Assembly (NCBI GenBank): GCA_902782595.1
Contig: CACZNW010000022.1
Location: 1 to 48,976 of the forward strand
From: an uncultured Methanobrevibacter sp.
GTDB taxonomy: Archaea > Methanobacteriota > Methanobacteria > Methanobacteriales > Methanobacteriaceae
DNA length: 48,976 nt
Reading direction: 5' to 3'
Shown piece after piece: positions 19,355-29,547 of this stretch. The position numbers and the translations under genes were made by a program. The notes beneath the pieces are model-generated. The model did no database searches. It was not told where the DNA came from and saw nothing but the letters and a program-made list of their open reading frames with translations. Each line of letters begins with the position of its first letter. Within the stretch, counting starts at the first letter, position 1.

Positions 19355-21532
19355 ATGAGTTTTATAAGTATTATTATACCGTTTAAAAAAGGAAAAAGAT
19401 ATTTGAGGGATTGTCTGGACAGTTTATGTCAACAGAATCTCACAGATGAAGAAATAATCATTATCATAAATGGGAATAATGAAGATAATGTATCTGATTT
19501 AATCAATGAGTATAATAAACATTTAAATATTCATGTAGAAATTTTCGAAAGTGAAATCGGAGTCGGCAAGGCCAGAAATGAAGGATTAAAAATAGCCTGT
19601 GGAAAATATGTCTATTTCATTGACAGTGATGATTATCTATATTCGGATGCCTTGTCCAAACTTATAGATGAAGCTGCTAGAAGTGATGCTGATTTTATAA
19701 ATGGTGAGAGAATCAATACCTATTTTATCAAAAATCGTTTTGATGAAGAGTTACAGGAAACAACTCCATTGAAACTTGAAAAAATGAGTAATGAGGAATT
19801 TTCTTTCAGATTGCTGGTGGGCAACCATACAAATGACATGGAAGTACTGTCTTGCCTTCATGCACTGATTAAAAGGGAAGTTATTGGAGATACATTATTC
19901 GGCGAAAACAACAGGTATTTCAGTGATTATGAATTTATCATGGATATCTTCGATAATATCAACTCATTTTACGGTGTTGAGAATTCAATTTATGCAAAAA
20001 GAATTAGTGACGACCCAATTAATCTGGTTTCACTCAGTCAGGAGGAAAAAGGAGATACTTTTTTATTGTATTGTGATGAATATAAAAAAGTTTTAAATAG
20101 AATATCTCAAAAAAGTGACGGAAAATATAGGTTGCTTGGCGAAGAAATGCTTGACAAGTTTTACAGGGAATATTACAATAATTTTGCCGTTAATTTTGCA
20201 AGAAATCCTGATAAAAAATGGAGAACAACTTACTTTGAAGCCTTGCATGAAATATTGTCAGACTATAATGTGGGTAAATTATCTCTAATCAGAAGAATTG
20301 AAATGAAAGCATTTCAATCTAAAAATACAAAAAAACTCAAATCAATCATACAATGCAGATTCATATCTCACAGATTTATGGAGATGGCGGGTAACTATGA
20401 GTTGGTCAAACAGCTGATTTATCTCAATATATTCAACAAACAGAAAATCAACGATAATCAAATTTTAATTGACAGTTTCAGAGGGGATTTCTATTCCGAC
20501 AGTCCGAAATATTTATACGAATACTTATATGAGCATTACGGTGATAAATATGATTTTGTATGGGTGATGAACCGTAAAGGTGTTAAAATCCCTGGAAATC
20601 CTAAAACCGTTAAAAAATATTCATTAAACTATTTCAGACAGGCTGCAAAATCAAAATATTGGCTAACCAACACAAGGCAGGCAGCTTTATTAAGTAAAAG
20701 GCCTGGCCAGATACTGATTTCAACATGGCACGGCACTCCTCTTAAAAAATTAGGTTTTGACATGGGCAATCTTTATCTGGATGACCCTAAATCAAAATTC
20801 AATTATAAAAAGGATTCCTCCGAGTGGAATTATCTGATTTCTCCCAATTCATTTACAACCGACAAATTGAGAAGTTCATTTGCATATGATGGGGAGGTTC
20901 TGGAATATGGATATCCCCGAAATGACATCTTATATAATCATGATGAAAATTTAGTTGAAATGACTAAAGAGAATCTGAACCTTCCCAAAGATAAAAAAAT
21001 CATCCTTTATGCACCAACATGGAGAGATGACGAATCATATGACATAGGTAAAGTCAGGTTCAATCTTAAACTTGATTTGAATAGTTTAAAAGAATCGTTG
21101 TCTGATGAATACATTGTTCTTATAAGAACACATTATTTTATCTCAAATAATCTGGATTTATCTGCTTTCGAGGGTTTTGCATTTGACGTGAGTAGATATG
21201 AGGATATTGCCGAATTATATTTAATCAGCGATATTTTAATAACAGATTATTCAAGTGTTTTCTTTGATTATGCAAATCTTAAAAGGCCGATTTTATTCTA
21301 CACGTATGACCTGAATAAATATTCTGAGATGTTAAGGGGTTTTTACCTGGATATCTACCATGACGTTCCGGGACCACTTTTATTTACTACTGAAGAGGTA
21401 ATTGACTCTATTCAAAATATTGAAGAGATACAGAACGAGTACAGTGAAAAATATGAAGAATTTTACAACCGCTTCTGTTCTATTGATGATGGAAATGCAT
21501 CAAAAAGAATCGTTGAAAAAATTTGGAAATGA
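19355..21532 (+). CDS. GT2 (GT-A) + TagF-like CDP-glycerol glycerophosphotransferase fusion
   Basis: SIIIP...ARNEGL...FIDSDD; C-terminal TWHGTPLKKLG, GYPRND, YAPTWRD, IRTHY, ITDYSSVFFDY. Confidence 0.93.
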   Translation: MSFISIIIPFKKGKRYLRDCLDSLCQQNLTDEEIIIIINGNNEDNVSDLINEYNKHLNIHVEIFESEIGVGKARNEGLKIACGKYVYFIDSDDYLYSDALSKLIDEAARSDADFINGERINTYFIKNRFDEELQETTPLKLEKMSNEEFSFRLLVGNHTNDMEVLSCLHALIKREVIGDTLFGENNRYFSDYEFIMDIFDNINSFYGVENSIYAKRISDDPINLVSLSQEEKGDTFLLYCDEYKKVLNRISQKSDGKYRLLGEEMLDKFYREYYNNFAVNFARNPDKKWRTTYFEALHEILSDYNVGKLSLIRRIEMKAFQSKNTKKLKSIIQCRFISHRFMEMAGNYELVKQLIYLNIFNKQKINDNQILIDSFRGDFYSDSPKYLYEYLYEHYGDKYDFVWVMNRKGVKIPGNPKTVKKYSLNYFRQAAKSKYWLTNTRQAALLSKRPGQILISTWHGTPLKKLGFDMGNLYLDDPKSKFNYKKDSSEWNYLISPNSFTTDKLRSSFAYDGEVLEYGYPRNDILYNHDENLVEMTKENLNLPKDKKIILYAPTWRDDESYDIGKVRFNLKLDLNSLKESLSDEYIVLIRTHYFISNNLDLSAFEGFAFDVSRYEDIAELYLISDILITDYSSVFFDYANLKRPILFYTYDLNKYSEMLRGFYLDIYHDVPGPLLFTTEEVIDSIQNIEEIQNEYSEKYEEFYNRFCSIDDGNASKRIVEKIWK

Positions 21533-21774
21533 TTTAATAAGTATTTTTGATTAATGTGCATTAAGATCAGTTATTCTTTCATATCATATCTATAATGGGG
21601 ATAATACCTGAAAATCCATTATTTCTTGTCTTTAATGTATGAGTTTTAGAATATGTAAAATGGAATCAATAATTGTTTAGAGATGTTGTTTTTTAAAACA
21701 CTTAAATAAAATCGCTTTTAACACAAATTTTAATATGATTTATATATTATAAGATTGTAATATATTTATTATAG

Positions 21775-21794
21775 TTAGTTTGAATTCAAACTAA
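21775..21794. promoter_or_regulatory. Perfect 20-bp palindrome TTAGTTTGAATTCAAACTAA, candidate operator
   Basis: Self-reverse-complementary; lies between a TATA-like TTTATTATA and the GGAGAGG RBS of the adhesin-like gene. Confidence 0.55.
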
Positions 21795-21818
21795 ATTTTA
21801 TTTTAATGGAGAGGTATT

Positions 21819-23246
21819 ATGAAATTTAAAAATATTTTAATAGTACTATTATTAGGTATTTTATGTTTCGGATGCATCAGTGCGATTAATGCTGTATCCG
21901 ACGAAGATATTAATAATAATGTGCTTCAAAATCAGGCTGATGTTAATTCAGTAAGTATTGATGATAATAATGAAGTGGTATCAGTTTCTCAGGATGAAAC
22001 TGTTTTAACAGAGACAAATAATAATGTGAAGGTTGGTGCAACTTCCGATACAAGTTCATCACTTACACCATATCAGAAATTTTGCAGGGATTTGGAGGAA
22101 AATAGTGGAACAATCTATTTAACCGGAAACATTAAAGTTAAAGAACCATTTCTTATAAAACATAAAACAGTAATTGATGGTAACGGATATACCATTGATG
22201 GACAGCAAAAAACAACTATTTTTAAATCAACAAGTTCATTAACTCTTAAAAACATTATTTTAAAAAATGGTAAATCAAATGACAGAGGAGGAGCTATTCA
22301 TTCAAACGGTGATTTAACACTTGATAATTGCCAGTTCATCAACAACCAGGCTAAAAACTTTGGTGGTGCAATAGCCATGATAAAAGGTCATTTGACAATT
22401 ACAAATTCCAAATTCGAAAAGAACTCCGTTCAAAATTCAGGGTCTTCCGGTTATGGCGGAGCACTTTGGATATTTTCCTCAACTTCAAAAATTACAAAAA
22501 CTATTTTCAAATCAAATACTTGTTTATCCAAATCATTAAAAAGCCACAGTAAAGCAACCAAATATAAATTTAATGGTGGAGCCATCTTTTACAATAAAGG
22601 ATCTTCCCATACTTTAACCGACTGTAAATTCATTGGAAATAAAGCCAGTAATCATGGGGGAGTCATGTTTGTAGCAAAATCTCCATTGAAAATTAACAAA
22701 TGTACTTTTACAAGTAATAAAGCATGTTATGAAGATGGAGGAGCCATTTCATTTTCCGGAAAAAAATTAACAATTACCAACAGTAATTTCAAGAAAAATC
22801 TGGCTTATGAAGACGGCGGAGCTATTGACAGTTACACTTTCAACGGTAAAAAAATTTATATTACCATTAAAAACACAGTATTCGATTCAAACACAGGATA
22901 TAAATGTGGTGGAGCTATTTGGATGGGTTTAAAAACTGTTTATAATGTTGCAAATTCCAAATTTATTAAAAATAAAGCGTCCTCTGCCGGAGCTGTAGAA
23001 GCTGAAGACGGCAGTTCCAAATTTACAAAATGTACTTTTACAAGTAATAAGGCAGCTAAAGTAACTTCATGGACTGTAAAAACTAAAGCAGGAGGCAATT
23101 TAGCTCATTCCGGAGGAGCAATTTTAATTAAAAATAAATGTACTGTTCTTAAATCTGTATTCAAAAACAATAAAGCAACATGGGGTAAATCAGTTAAAGT
23201 TGAAGGTGGAAAATTAATATCCAAAGGAAACAAAGGTATTAAATAA
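21819..23246 (+). CDS. Adhesin-like secreted protein with right-handed beta-helix (Pmp-type GGAI/FxxN) repeats
   Basis: Signal peptide; IDGNGYTIDG; repeated GGAI...FxxN; Lys-rich. Confidence 0.88.
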   Translation: MKFKNILIVLLLGILCFGCISAINAVSDEDINNNVLQNQADVNSVSIDDNNEVVSVSQDETVLTETNNNVKVGATSDTSSSLTPYQKFCRDLEENSGTIYLTGNIKVKEPFLIKHKTVIDGNGYTIDGQQKTTIFKSTSSLTLKNIILKNGKSNDRGGAIHSNGDLTLDNCQFINNQAKNFGGAIAMIKGHLTITNSKFEKNSVQNSGSSGYGGALWIFSSTSKITKTIFKSNTCLSKSLKSHSKATKYKFNGGAIFYNKGSSHTLTDCKFIGNKASNHGGVMFVAKSPLKINKCTFTSNKACYEDGGAISFSGKKLTITNSNFKKNLAYEDGGAIDSYTFNGKKIYITIKNTVFDSNTGYKCGGAIWMGLKTVYNVANSKFIKNKASSAGAVEAEDGSSKFTKCTFTSNKAAKVTSWTVKTKAGGNLAHSGGAILIKNKCTVLKSVFKNNKATWGKSVKVEGGKLISKGNKGIK

Positions 23247-23281
23247 TGGAAAATCTATTTTTCCATTTATTATTTTTTTTT
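23245..23281 (+). terminator. Putative hairpin + T-tract terminator
   Basis: AATGGAAAA-N5-TTTTCCATT followed by a T9 run. Confidence 0.55.
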
Positions 23282-23312
23282 ACTATTCTAACATTGATGG
23301 AAGCTATTTTTC

Positions 23313-25226
23313 ATGAAATTAAAGTATATTTCAATAGTAATCATATTATTAATTTTATTTCTCGGATGTATCGCTGCAATCAGTGCCGAATCTGTTGAAG
23401 ATTTCAACAATCCTATTAATCAAACCAATACTGATATGGAATCATCATTAAGCGTTAATGAATCAAAACTTTCACCATATGAACAATTCTCTAAAGATTT
23501 AGAGCAAAATAATGGGATAGTTTATTTAACGGATGATATTAAAATTGATAAACCATTCATTTTAAAAAACAAAACTGTAATTGATGGTAAAGGTCATACG
23601 ATTGACGGCCAGTATAAAACAGTCATTTTTAAATCATATTGCTCACTGACTATTAAAAATCTGATATTGATAAGAGGCAGTTCCACTAAAAGCGGAGGAG
23701 CTATTTATTCAAATGGTGATTTAACTGTTAATAACTGTCAGTTCATAAATAATAGGGCTGCAAAATTTGGAGGAGCGATATATAGTACAAATAGTAATTT
23801 AAATGTGATAAATTCTAAATTTGAAAAATCTGTAGCAGAAAAGGGCGGAGCTATTTATTCAAACAGTGTTTTAACTGTTGATAAATGTAATTTTATAAAT
23901 AATGTGGCCAGCAATTCCGGTGGAGCCATATCTGTATCCAATGGAAAGTTAACTATTAAAAATTCCAGATTTGAAAAGAATTCGGTTAAAAGTTCAGGGG
24001 TTTCGGGTTATGGCGGAGCAATCTGGATAAGGTGTTCAACTTCAAAAATCGTCAAAACTGTTTTCAAATCAAACAGTTGTCTGTCACAGTCATTGAAAAC
24101 TCATAAAAAAGCCACCAAATATAAATTCAGTGGTGGTGCAATTTCTTACAGTGAAGGATCATTTCATAGCTTAAGTAATTGTGAATTCATAAAGAATAGG
24201 GCAACTAATCACGGTGGAAGTATTTTTGCAACCAATTCAAATTCTCTAAATATTTATAAATGTCAATTTAAGAATAATAATGCACTTTTTGAAGATGGAG
24301 GTGCCATTTCTTATTCTGGAAAGAAATTATCAATCTTAAATTCTTATTTCCACAAAAATTTTGCATATGAAGATGGAGGTGCTATAGATACCTACAGTTT
24401 AAACGGTCATAAAGTATATGTTGCTATTAAAAATTGTAAATTTAATTTAAATACTGGCTATAAGGGTGGCGGTGCTATTTGGATGGGTGTTAAAACTATT
24501 TATAATATTTATAATTCCAAATTCACTAAAAATAAAGCAACATTTGCAGGAGCCATAGAAGCTGAAGATGGAAATGCAAAAATTAGAAAATGCAGTTTTG
24601 TTGGAAATAAAGCGGCAAAAATTACTTCGTGGAACGTAAAAAGCAAAAAAGGCAAACACCTAAATCACTGTGGTGGTGCAATACATATAGAAAATAATTG
24701 TCAAATTGTTAAATGTAATTTTAAGAGTAATAAAGCTACTTACGGCGGGGCAATTCACATCAGAAATAATTATAAAATCATCAGATGTAATTTTAATTAT
24801 AATACTGCCAGATTTGGCGGTGCAATTTATTTTGAAAAGAATTGTAAAGTATTAAAATGTAATTTTAATTCAAATCATGCTGTCTATGGCGGTGCAATTC
24901 ATATTAAAAACAAATGTAATGTTATTAAGTGTAATTTTAAAAAGAACGTTGCAGTTCATGGTGGAGCAAATTACATTGAAAAGAATGGTAAAGTTCTTAA
25001 ATGTATTTTTAAAAGTAATAAAGCTACTTACGGTGGAGCAGTTCAATTCATTGCAGGTAAATTAACATTCAAATCTAATAAAGTTATTTCATGTAAGGCT
25101 AAATATTACTCTGGATTGATTTCCTCTAAATCAATTAAAATAAGTAATAAAAATAAATGGGGAAAATATTCAACAGAAAAAGCTATTAAAAAGAAAATTG
25201 TCTCACCAAATGTAAAAACAAAGTAA
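23313..25226 (+). CDS. Adhesin-like beta-helix protein, tandem paralog of 21819 with repeat expansions
   Basis: Shared motifs (KATKYKF, AYEDGGAID, GGAIWMG.KT); extra GGAI repeats. Confidence 0.88.
   Translation: MKLKYISIVIILLILFLGCIAAISAESVEDFNNPINQTNTDMESSLSVNESKLSPYEQFSKDLEQNNGIVYLTDDIKIDKPFILKNKTVIDGKGHTIDGQYKTVIFKSYCSLTIKNLILIRGSSTKSGGAIYSNGDLTVNNCQFINNRAAKFGGAIYSTNSNLNVINSKFEKSVAEKGGAIYSNSVLTVDKCNFINNVASNSGGAISVSNGKLTIKNSRFEKNSVKSSGVSGYGGAIWIRCSTSKIVKTVFKSNSCLSQSLKTHKKATKYKFSGGAISYSEGSFHSLSNCEFIKNRATNHGGSIFATNSNSLNIYKCQFKNNNALFEDGGAISYSGKKLSILNSYFHKNFAYEDGGAIDTYSLNGHKVYVAIKNCKFNLNTGYKGGGAIWMGVKTIYNIYNSKFTKNKATFAGAIEAEDGNAKIRKCSFVGNKAAKITSWNVKSKKGKHLNHCGGAIHIENNCQIVKCNFKSNKATYGGAIHIRNNYKIIRCNFNYNTARFGGAIYFEKNCKVLKCNFNSNHAVYGGAIHIKNKCNVIKCNFKKNVAVHGGANYIEKNGKVLKCIFKSNKATYGGAVQFIAGKLTFKSNKVISCKAKYYSGLISSKSIKISNKNKWGKYSTEKAIKKKIVSPNVKTK
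24672..25031 (+). repeat. Five degenerate 72-nt (24-aa) tandem repeats inside the adhesin gene
   Basis: GGA(I/N)xxxxNxx(I/V)xxCxFxxNxAxx repeated five times at exact 72-nt spacing. Confidence 0.85.
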
Positions 25227-25461
25227 TGCCAATTAAACAATAAACGGTTCTTATTTTGGGTTAAATTTATTAAATATAATTTATATATGTTATTTTAAGG
25301 GTTTTACTAAATTTAAAGATAATTCTGATATGGGATGATGATATATTAAGATAAATTCTTTCTTAAAAATTCCAAGATTAAACCTCTTTAAAAAGATAAT
25401 ATTCACGAATGCTTTAAGCGGAATGATTTAGAAACTAAATTCAATAATAAGGGTAAATTTC

Positions 25462-27816
25462 ATGTGGATTAGGGATACATTAAATGATTTAAAAGGGTAT
25501 TCTATAAATAGTTTAATTTATTATAATTATTATCATAAAAAAATTGATGAAAATTTGGTTTATGTTGAATCAAGAGAGGGTTGTGATTTTACAGGGAATA
25601 TTCTGCGTATTGTTGAAGAACTCTCAACAGGCAATTATGGAAATTTTAAAATTCATGTTTTTGCAAAGCCTTCAGTTGTGGATAAGATTAAAGCATTACA
25701 AAAAAATTACGATTTAAAGATTAATAAAATCATCACAAAGGAATCTCTGGCAACTGCAACAATGGAAAAAGCAAAATATATCTTTACAGATTCAAAAATC
25801 CGGCCTAAATATGTAAAAAGAGAAGGTCAGGTATTTGTTAATACCTGGCATGGCACTCCTCTTGAAGTCATGGGAAAGGATAATGTCTGTGAACAGCATC
25901 TTGTAGGAAATGTTCAGTATCCTCTGCTCTGTTCTGATTACTTAGTGTTTCCTAATGAATTTATGAAAGAAAAAATGACTTCCGCTTTTATGATTGAAAA
26001 AATTTTTCCCGGAAAAATATTGATGGAAGGATATCCGAGAAACAGTTGTTTTCTTGATGAAAATAAAAAAGAAGATTTAAAATCAAAATTGAATCTGGAT
26101 GATTATGAAATTTTTGCTTACATGCCTGCTTTCAGATCAGTCAGTGATGAGCAAAATGATTATTTAATCCAGTTGGATGAAAATTTAAAAGATAATCAGC
26201 TTTTGCTTGTTAAACAGGAAGGTAATAATGAATCACAGATTGATTTTACTCAATTTAATCATATAATGCCATTTCCTATAGGTTATGAAGAATATGATGT
26301 TTTAAATATGGCAGATATTTTAATAACTGATTATTCAACTGTTTTTGTTGATTTTGCAATTTCTAAAAGAAAAATTGTTCTTTTTAATTATGATGAAGAT
26401 GAGTATTGCAAAGGCAGGGAATTTTATTTCTCATTATCAGATTTGCCGTTTCCAAAAGTCAGAAATATTGACGACTTGGTCAGTGAGTTAAATTCATCCA
26501 AAAATTATGATGATGAAGATTTTATTAATAAATTCTGTCAATTTGACAGATTAGACTGTGTCAAGTACATATGCAGGCATATTTTTAATCATGAAAACTG
26601 CTGCAGAGAGATTTCTATTGAAAACGGTAAGGAAAATATTCTTATTTATGCCGGATCATTATTGAATAATGGAATATTCACTTCACTTATTAATTTTTTA
26701 TCAAGAGTTGATCTGGATAAGTATAACTATTTCATATCATTCAAACAGTGGGATGAAAATATCGCTGAAAATCATGTTGAAATTTTCAAAAACCTGCCTG
26801 AGGGCATTGAATATTTACCCTTCGGATTTAATCTGATTCCCACATACAGAGAAAAAAGACATTATGATAAATTTTTTTATAATCCCGATATGAAATTTTC
26901 AGACCCGTTAAATAATCTATTTGAAAGGTCTTTTAACAGACAGTATTTTCCTTTAAAGTTTAAATTATTAATTGATTATGACGGTTATAATAAAAATCAG
27001 TCTTTATTATTTTCTCACAATGATTTTAGAAATGCCGTCTGGGTTCACAATGACATGATTCAGGAAATTAAAACAAGAGGCAATCAAAATAGGGATATCC
27101 TAAAAGAAGTTTATTCCAAATCTGATTATGTCTGTGTTGTTTCAAAGGATCTGATTAAACCAACCAGAGAAATAAGCGGAAAATCAGACAATATTCGTGT
27201 TATTCATAATATAAACAATTATGAATCCATTATTGAAGATTCCAAAAAAGAAATACAGTTTGATGAAAGCACTGAGTTTTATTCACGCAGCAAGGATATT
27301 GAGTCTGTTTTATCAAAAAAAGGAAAAAAATTCATATCTGTGGGCAGATTTTCCCCTGAAAAAGGTCATTCTCGTTTGATAAATGCATTCAATGAATTCT
27401 GTAAGGATTATCCGGACAGTCAGCTTATCCTTATTGGGGGACATGGTCCTTTATATGAAGATACAGTTGATTTAATTAACGGTCTTGAATATGGTGATAA
27501 TATTTCATTAATTAAAGGAATTTCCAATCCTATGCCTATTTTAAAACAGTGCGATTTATTTATTTTATCCTCTTTTTATGAAGGATGGGGGATTGTAATA
27601 ATGGAAGCAGATACCTTAGGTGTTCCGGTTATCTCAACAGATATTGTAGGTACACAATGGCTGAGAGATTATGGTGGAAATCTTGTTGAAAACTCTCAGG
27701 AGGGTATATTGGATGGAATGTATGAATTTATGAAAGGAAATATTGCTACATTAAACATTGATTATGAGGAGTTTAATGAAAAAATAATCAGTGATTTTTA
27801 TTCTATGGTTGAATAG
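25462..27816 (+). CDS. TagF-like phosphotransferase + GT-B (GT4) fusion, third paralog (TagF domain apparently degenerate)
   Basis: TWHGTPL and GYPRN kept; MPAFR and VKQEG replace MPTFR and VKLHV; GT4 motifs VGRFSPEKG and YEGWGIVIMEA intact. Confidence 0.9.
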   Translation: MWIRDTLNDLKGYSINSLIYYNYYHKKIDENLVYVESREGCDFTGNILRIVEELSTGNYGNFKIHVFAKPSVVDKIKALQKNYDLKINKIITKESLATATMEKAKYIFTDSKIRPKYVKREGQVFVNTWHGTPLEVMGKDNVCEQHLVGNVQYPLLCSDYLVFPNEFMKEKMTSAFMIEKIFPGKILMEGYPRNSCFLDENKKEDLKSKLNLDDYEIFAYMPAFRSVSDEQNDYLIQLDENLKDNQLLLVKQEGNNESQIDFTQFNHIMPFPIGYEEYDVLNMADILITDYSTVFVDFAISKRKIVLFNYDEDEYCKGREFYFSLSDLPFPKVRNIDDLVSELNSSKNYDDEDFINKFCQFDRLDCVKYICRHIFNHENCCREISIENGKENILIYAGSLLNNGIFTSLINFLSRVDLDKYNYFISFKQWDENIAENHVEIFKNLPEGIEYLPFGFNLIPTYREKRHYDKFFYNPDMKFSDPLNNLFERSFNRQYFPLKFKLLIDYDGYNKNQSLLFSHNDFRNAVWVHNDMIQEIKTRGNQNRDILKEVYSKSDYVCVVSKDLIKPTREISGKSDNIRVIHNINNYESIIEDSKKEIQFDESTEFYSRSKDIESVLSKKGKKFISVGRFSPEKGHSRLINAFNEFCKDYPDSQLILIGGHGPLYEDTVDLINGLEYGDNISLIKGISNPMPILKQCDLFILSSFYEGWGIVIMEADTLGVPVISTDIVGTQWLRDYGGNLVENSQEGILDGMYEFMKGNIATLNIDYEEFNEKIISDFYSMVE

Positions 27817-28172
27817 AATATTTTTTAAATTAAATTTTAATCAAAATTAACCTGATTATTTTAAAGCATTAGACCATGATTCATTTTAAATTCTAGTCAG
27901 TTTAGATTCTAGAATTAAAATATTACATTTCATGTGTATGGTAATTTTAGGTTATGGAACTTTTGTTGTTAAGGTTCATTAAATTAAAATAATGATTAAT
28001 ATTTTTAACAATTTTGGATTAAAACTAGTTTTTTATCACATGTTTATTTTAAATACTGGAGCAATATGGTGTAAGAAAATAGTATTAATCATTTTCATAG
28101 TCAATAAATTTAATTACTTGATAGGTTCAAAATTATAATATTGAATTAATTTTTTTAAAGGAGATAAGTTTA

Positions 28173-29309
28173 ATGACGAATGTTGTTGGGACAAAAAAGA
28201 AATCAAAAAGAATTTTTTATTTTGATGCATTAAGAGCATTAGCAATTATATCTGTAATTTTGTTTCATGTTTTTCAAAATTTATCATTTATTGTTGTAGG
28301 AGATTATTCAACTATTCCCTCTCTTAATTGGTTTATTGCTGATTTTACAGGGACTTTTTTTAGATGTGGTGTGGATATCTTTCTGATGTTGTCTGGTGCA
28401 CTTTCATTGGGTAGAGTTTGGGAGATTAAACCATTTTTAGCAAAAAGAATTCCGAGAATTGTTTATCCATTTGTATTATGGGGATTTGTTTTAACTGTAG
28501 TTATATTTTTAGTTTCAGTTTTTATTCCGTCTTTAGTTCCAATATTTCATCAATATGATTGGGGAACCTTCGCGTCATATGATTTGAAAGGATTCGTAAT
28601 ATTCCTTTTAAAAGGTTATATGGCAAAATCAAGAATATGGTTCCGTCCTTATTGGTTCTTTTGGATGATACTGGGAACATATTTAACTATGCCTATAATA
28701 AACAGGTGGTTATTGCATGCTGATTTAAAAGAAGCTGAATATTTCTTGTTTTTCTGGCTTATAACATGCGTATTTGATTTTACATTAGGATTTAGCTTCC
28801 CTATACAATTGAAATACTTTGCTGGTGCTATAGGTATGGTTATCTTAGGCTACTATTTAAGGCATACCGAACGTAAAATATTCAACAATGTTTATTGTGG
28901 AATCATAATGATGATTGTTCCGGTAATCTGTATGATATTTATTTCATATTTGTTGTCTGATACAAGTGAAATATATTATTTCAGCAGATATTCAATATTT
29001 TTAGCGATTGAATCAATAGGAATATTTGTATTGTTTAAAAATTTCAAACAATTGAATATCAATTTTAATTTCTTAACAAATCCCGATGGAATTTTTAGAA
29101 AATCCATTTTTTCAATAGCCAAATATAGTTATGGAATCTATTTAGTGCATCATGTAATATTGAATTTCTTAATGTTAATATTAATTTCAACATTACATTT
29201 TAAAGCATTATTTGTAGCATTACTTATAGGAACTCTGCTATTGTCATGGGGAATACTTGCTTTGCTCAACAGGGTTCCATACCTCAACAGGTATATCGGT
29301 GCAAAATAA
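28173..29309 (+). CDS. Acyltransferase-3 family membrane O-acyltransferase
   Basis: RIFYFDALRALAIISVILFH, VDIFLMLSG, YWF, SYGIYLVH; about 10 TM helices. Confidence 0.92.
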   Translation: MTNVVGTKKKSKRIFYFDALRALAIISVILFHVFQNLSFIVVGDYSTIPSLNWFIADFTGTFFRCGVDIFLMLSGALSLGRVWEIKPFLAKRIPRIVYPFVLWGFVLTVVIFLVSVFIPSLVPIFHQYDWGTFASYDLKGFVIFLLKGYMAKSRIWFRPYWFFWMILGTYLTMPIINRWLLHADLKEAEYFLFFWLITCVFDFTLGFSFPIQLKYFAGAIGMVILGYYLRHTERKIFNNVYCGIIMMIVPVICMIFISYLLSDTSEIYYFSRYSIFLAIESIGIFVLFKNFKQLNINFNFLTNPDGIFRKSIFSIAKYSYGIYLVHHVILNFLMLILISTLHFKALFVALLIGTLLLSWGILALLNRVPYLNRYIGAK

Positions 29310-29312
29310 TTT

Positions 29313-29343
29313 AAGGGGTTTTTTTTACCCTTTCTTTTTTTTT
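29313..29343 (+). terminator. Putative hairpin + T-tract terminator
   Basis: AAGGGGT...ACCCTTT followed by a long T run just after the stop. Confidence 0.5.
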
Positions 29344-29547
29344 AGTTCGAGAGTTAATTATTTTTAGTTAATCAGTTAAAATATTTGTTTAAATCATGGA
29401 TTTATCAGAAATTTTTAATTGACTAGGGATTACATCTAATGTGATTTTCACTAATTAATCATTGCGGGATTGATTGAAACTGAATGTTTTCAATATAATC
29501 ATAGATATAGGATTTTAAAAAAAAGTAGAAGAAATAGATTGTTAAAT

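Noticed and set aside
24672-25031. CRISPR-like regularly spaced repeats
   Set aside because: The units are in-frame degenerate protein repeats without identical repeats and unique spacers; no cas genes.
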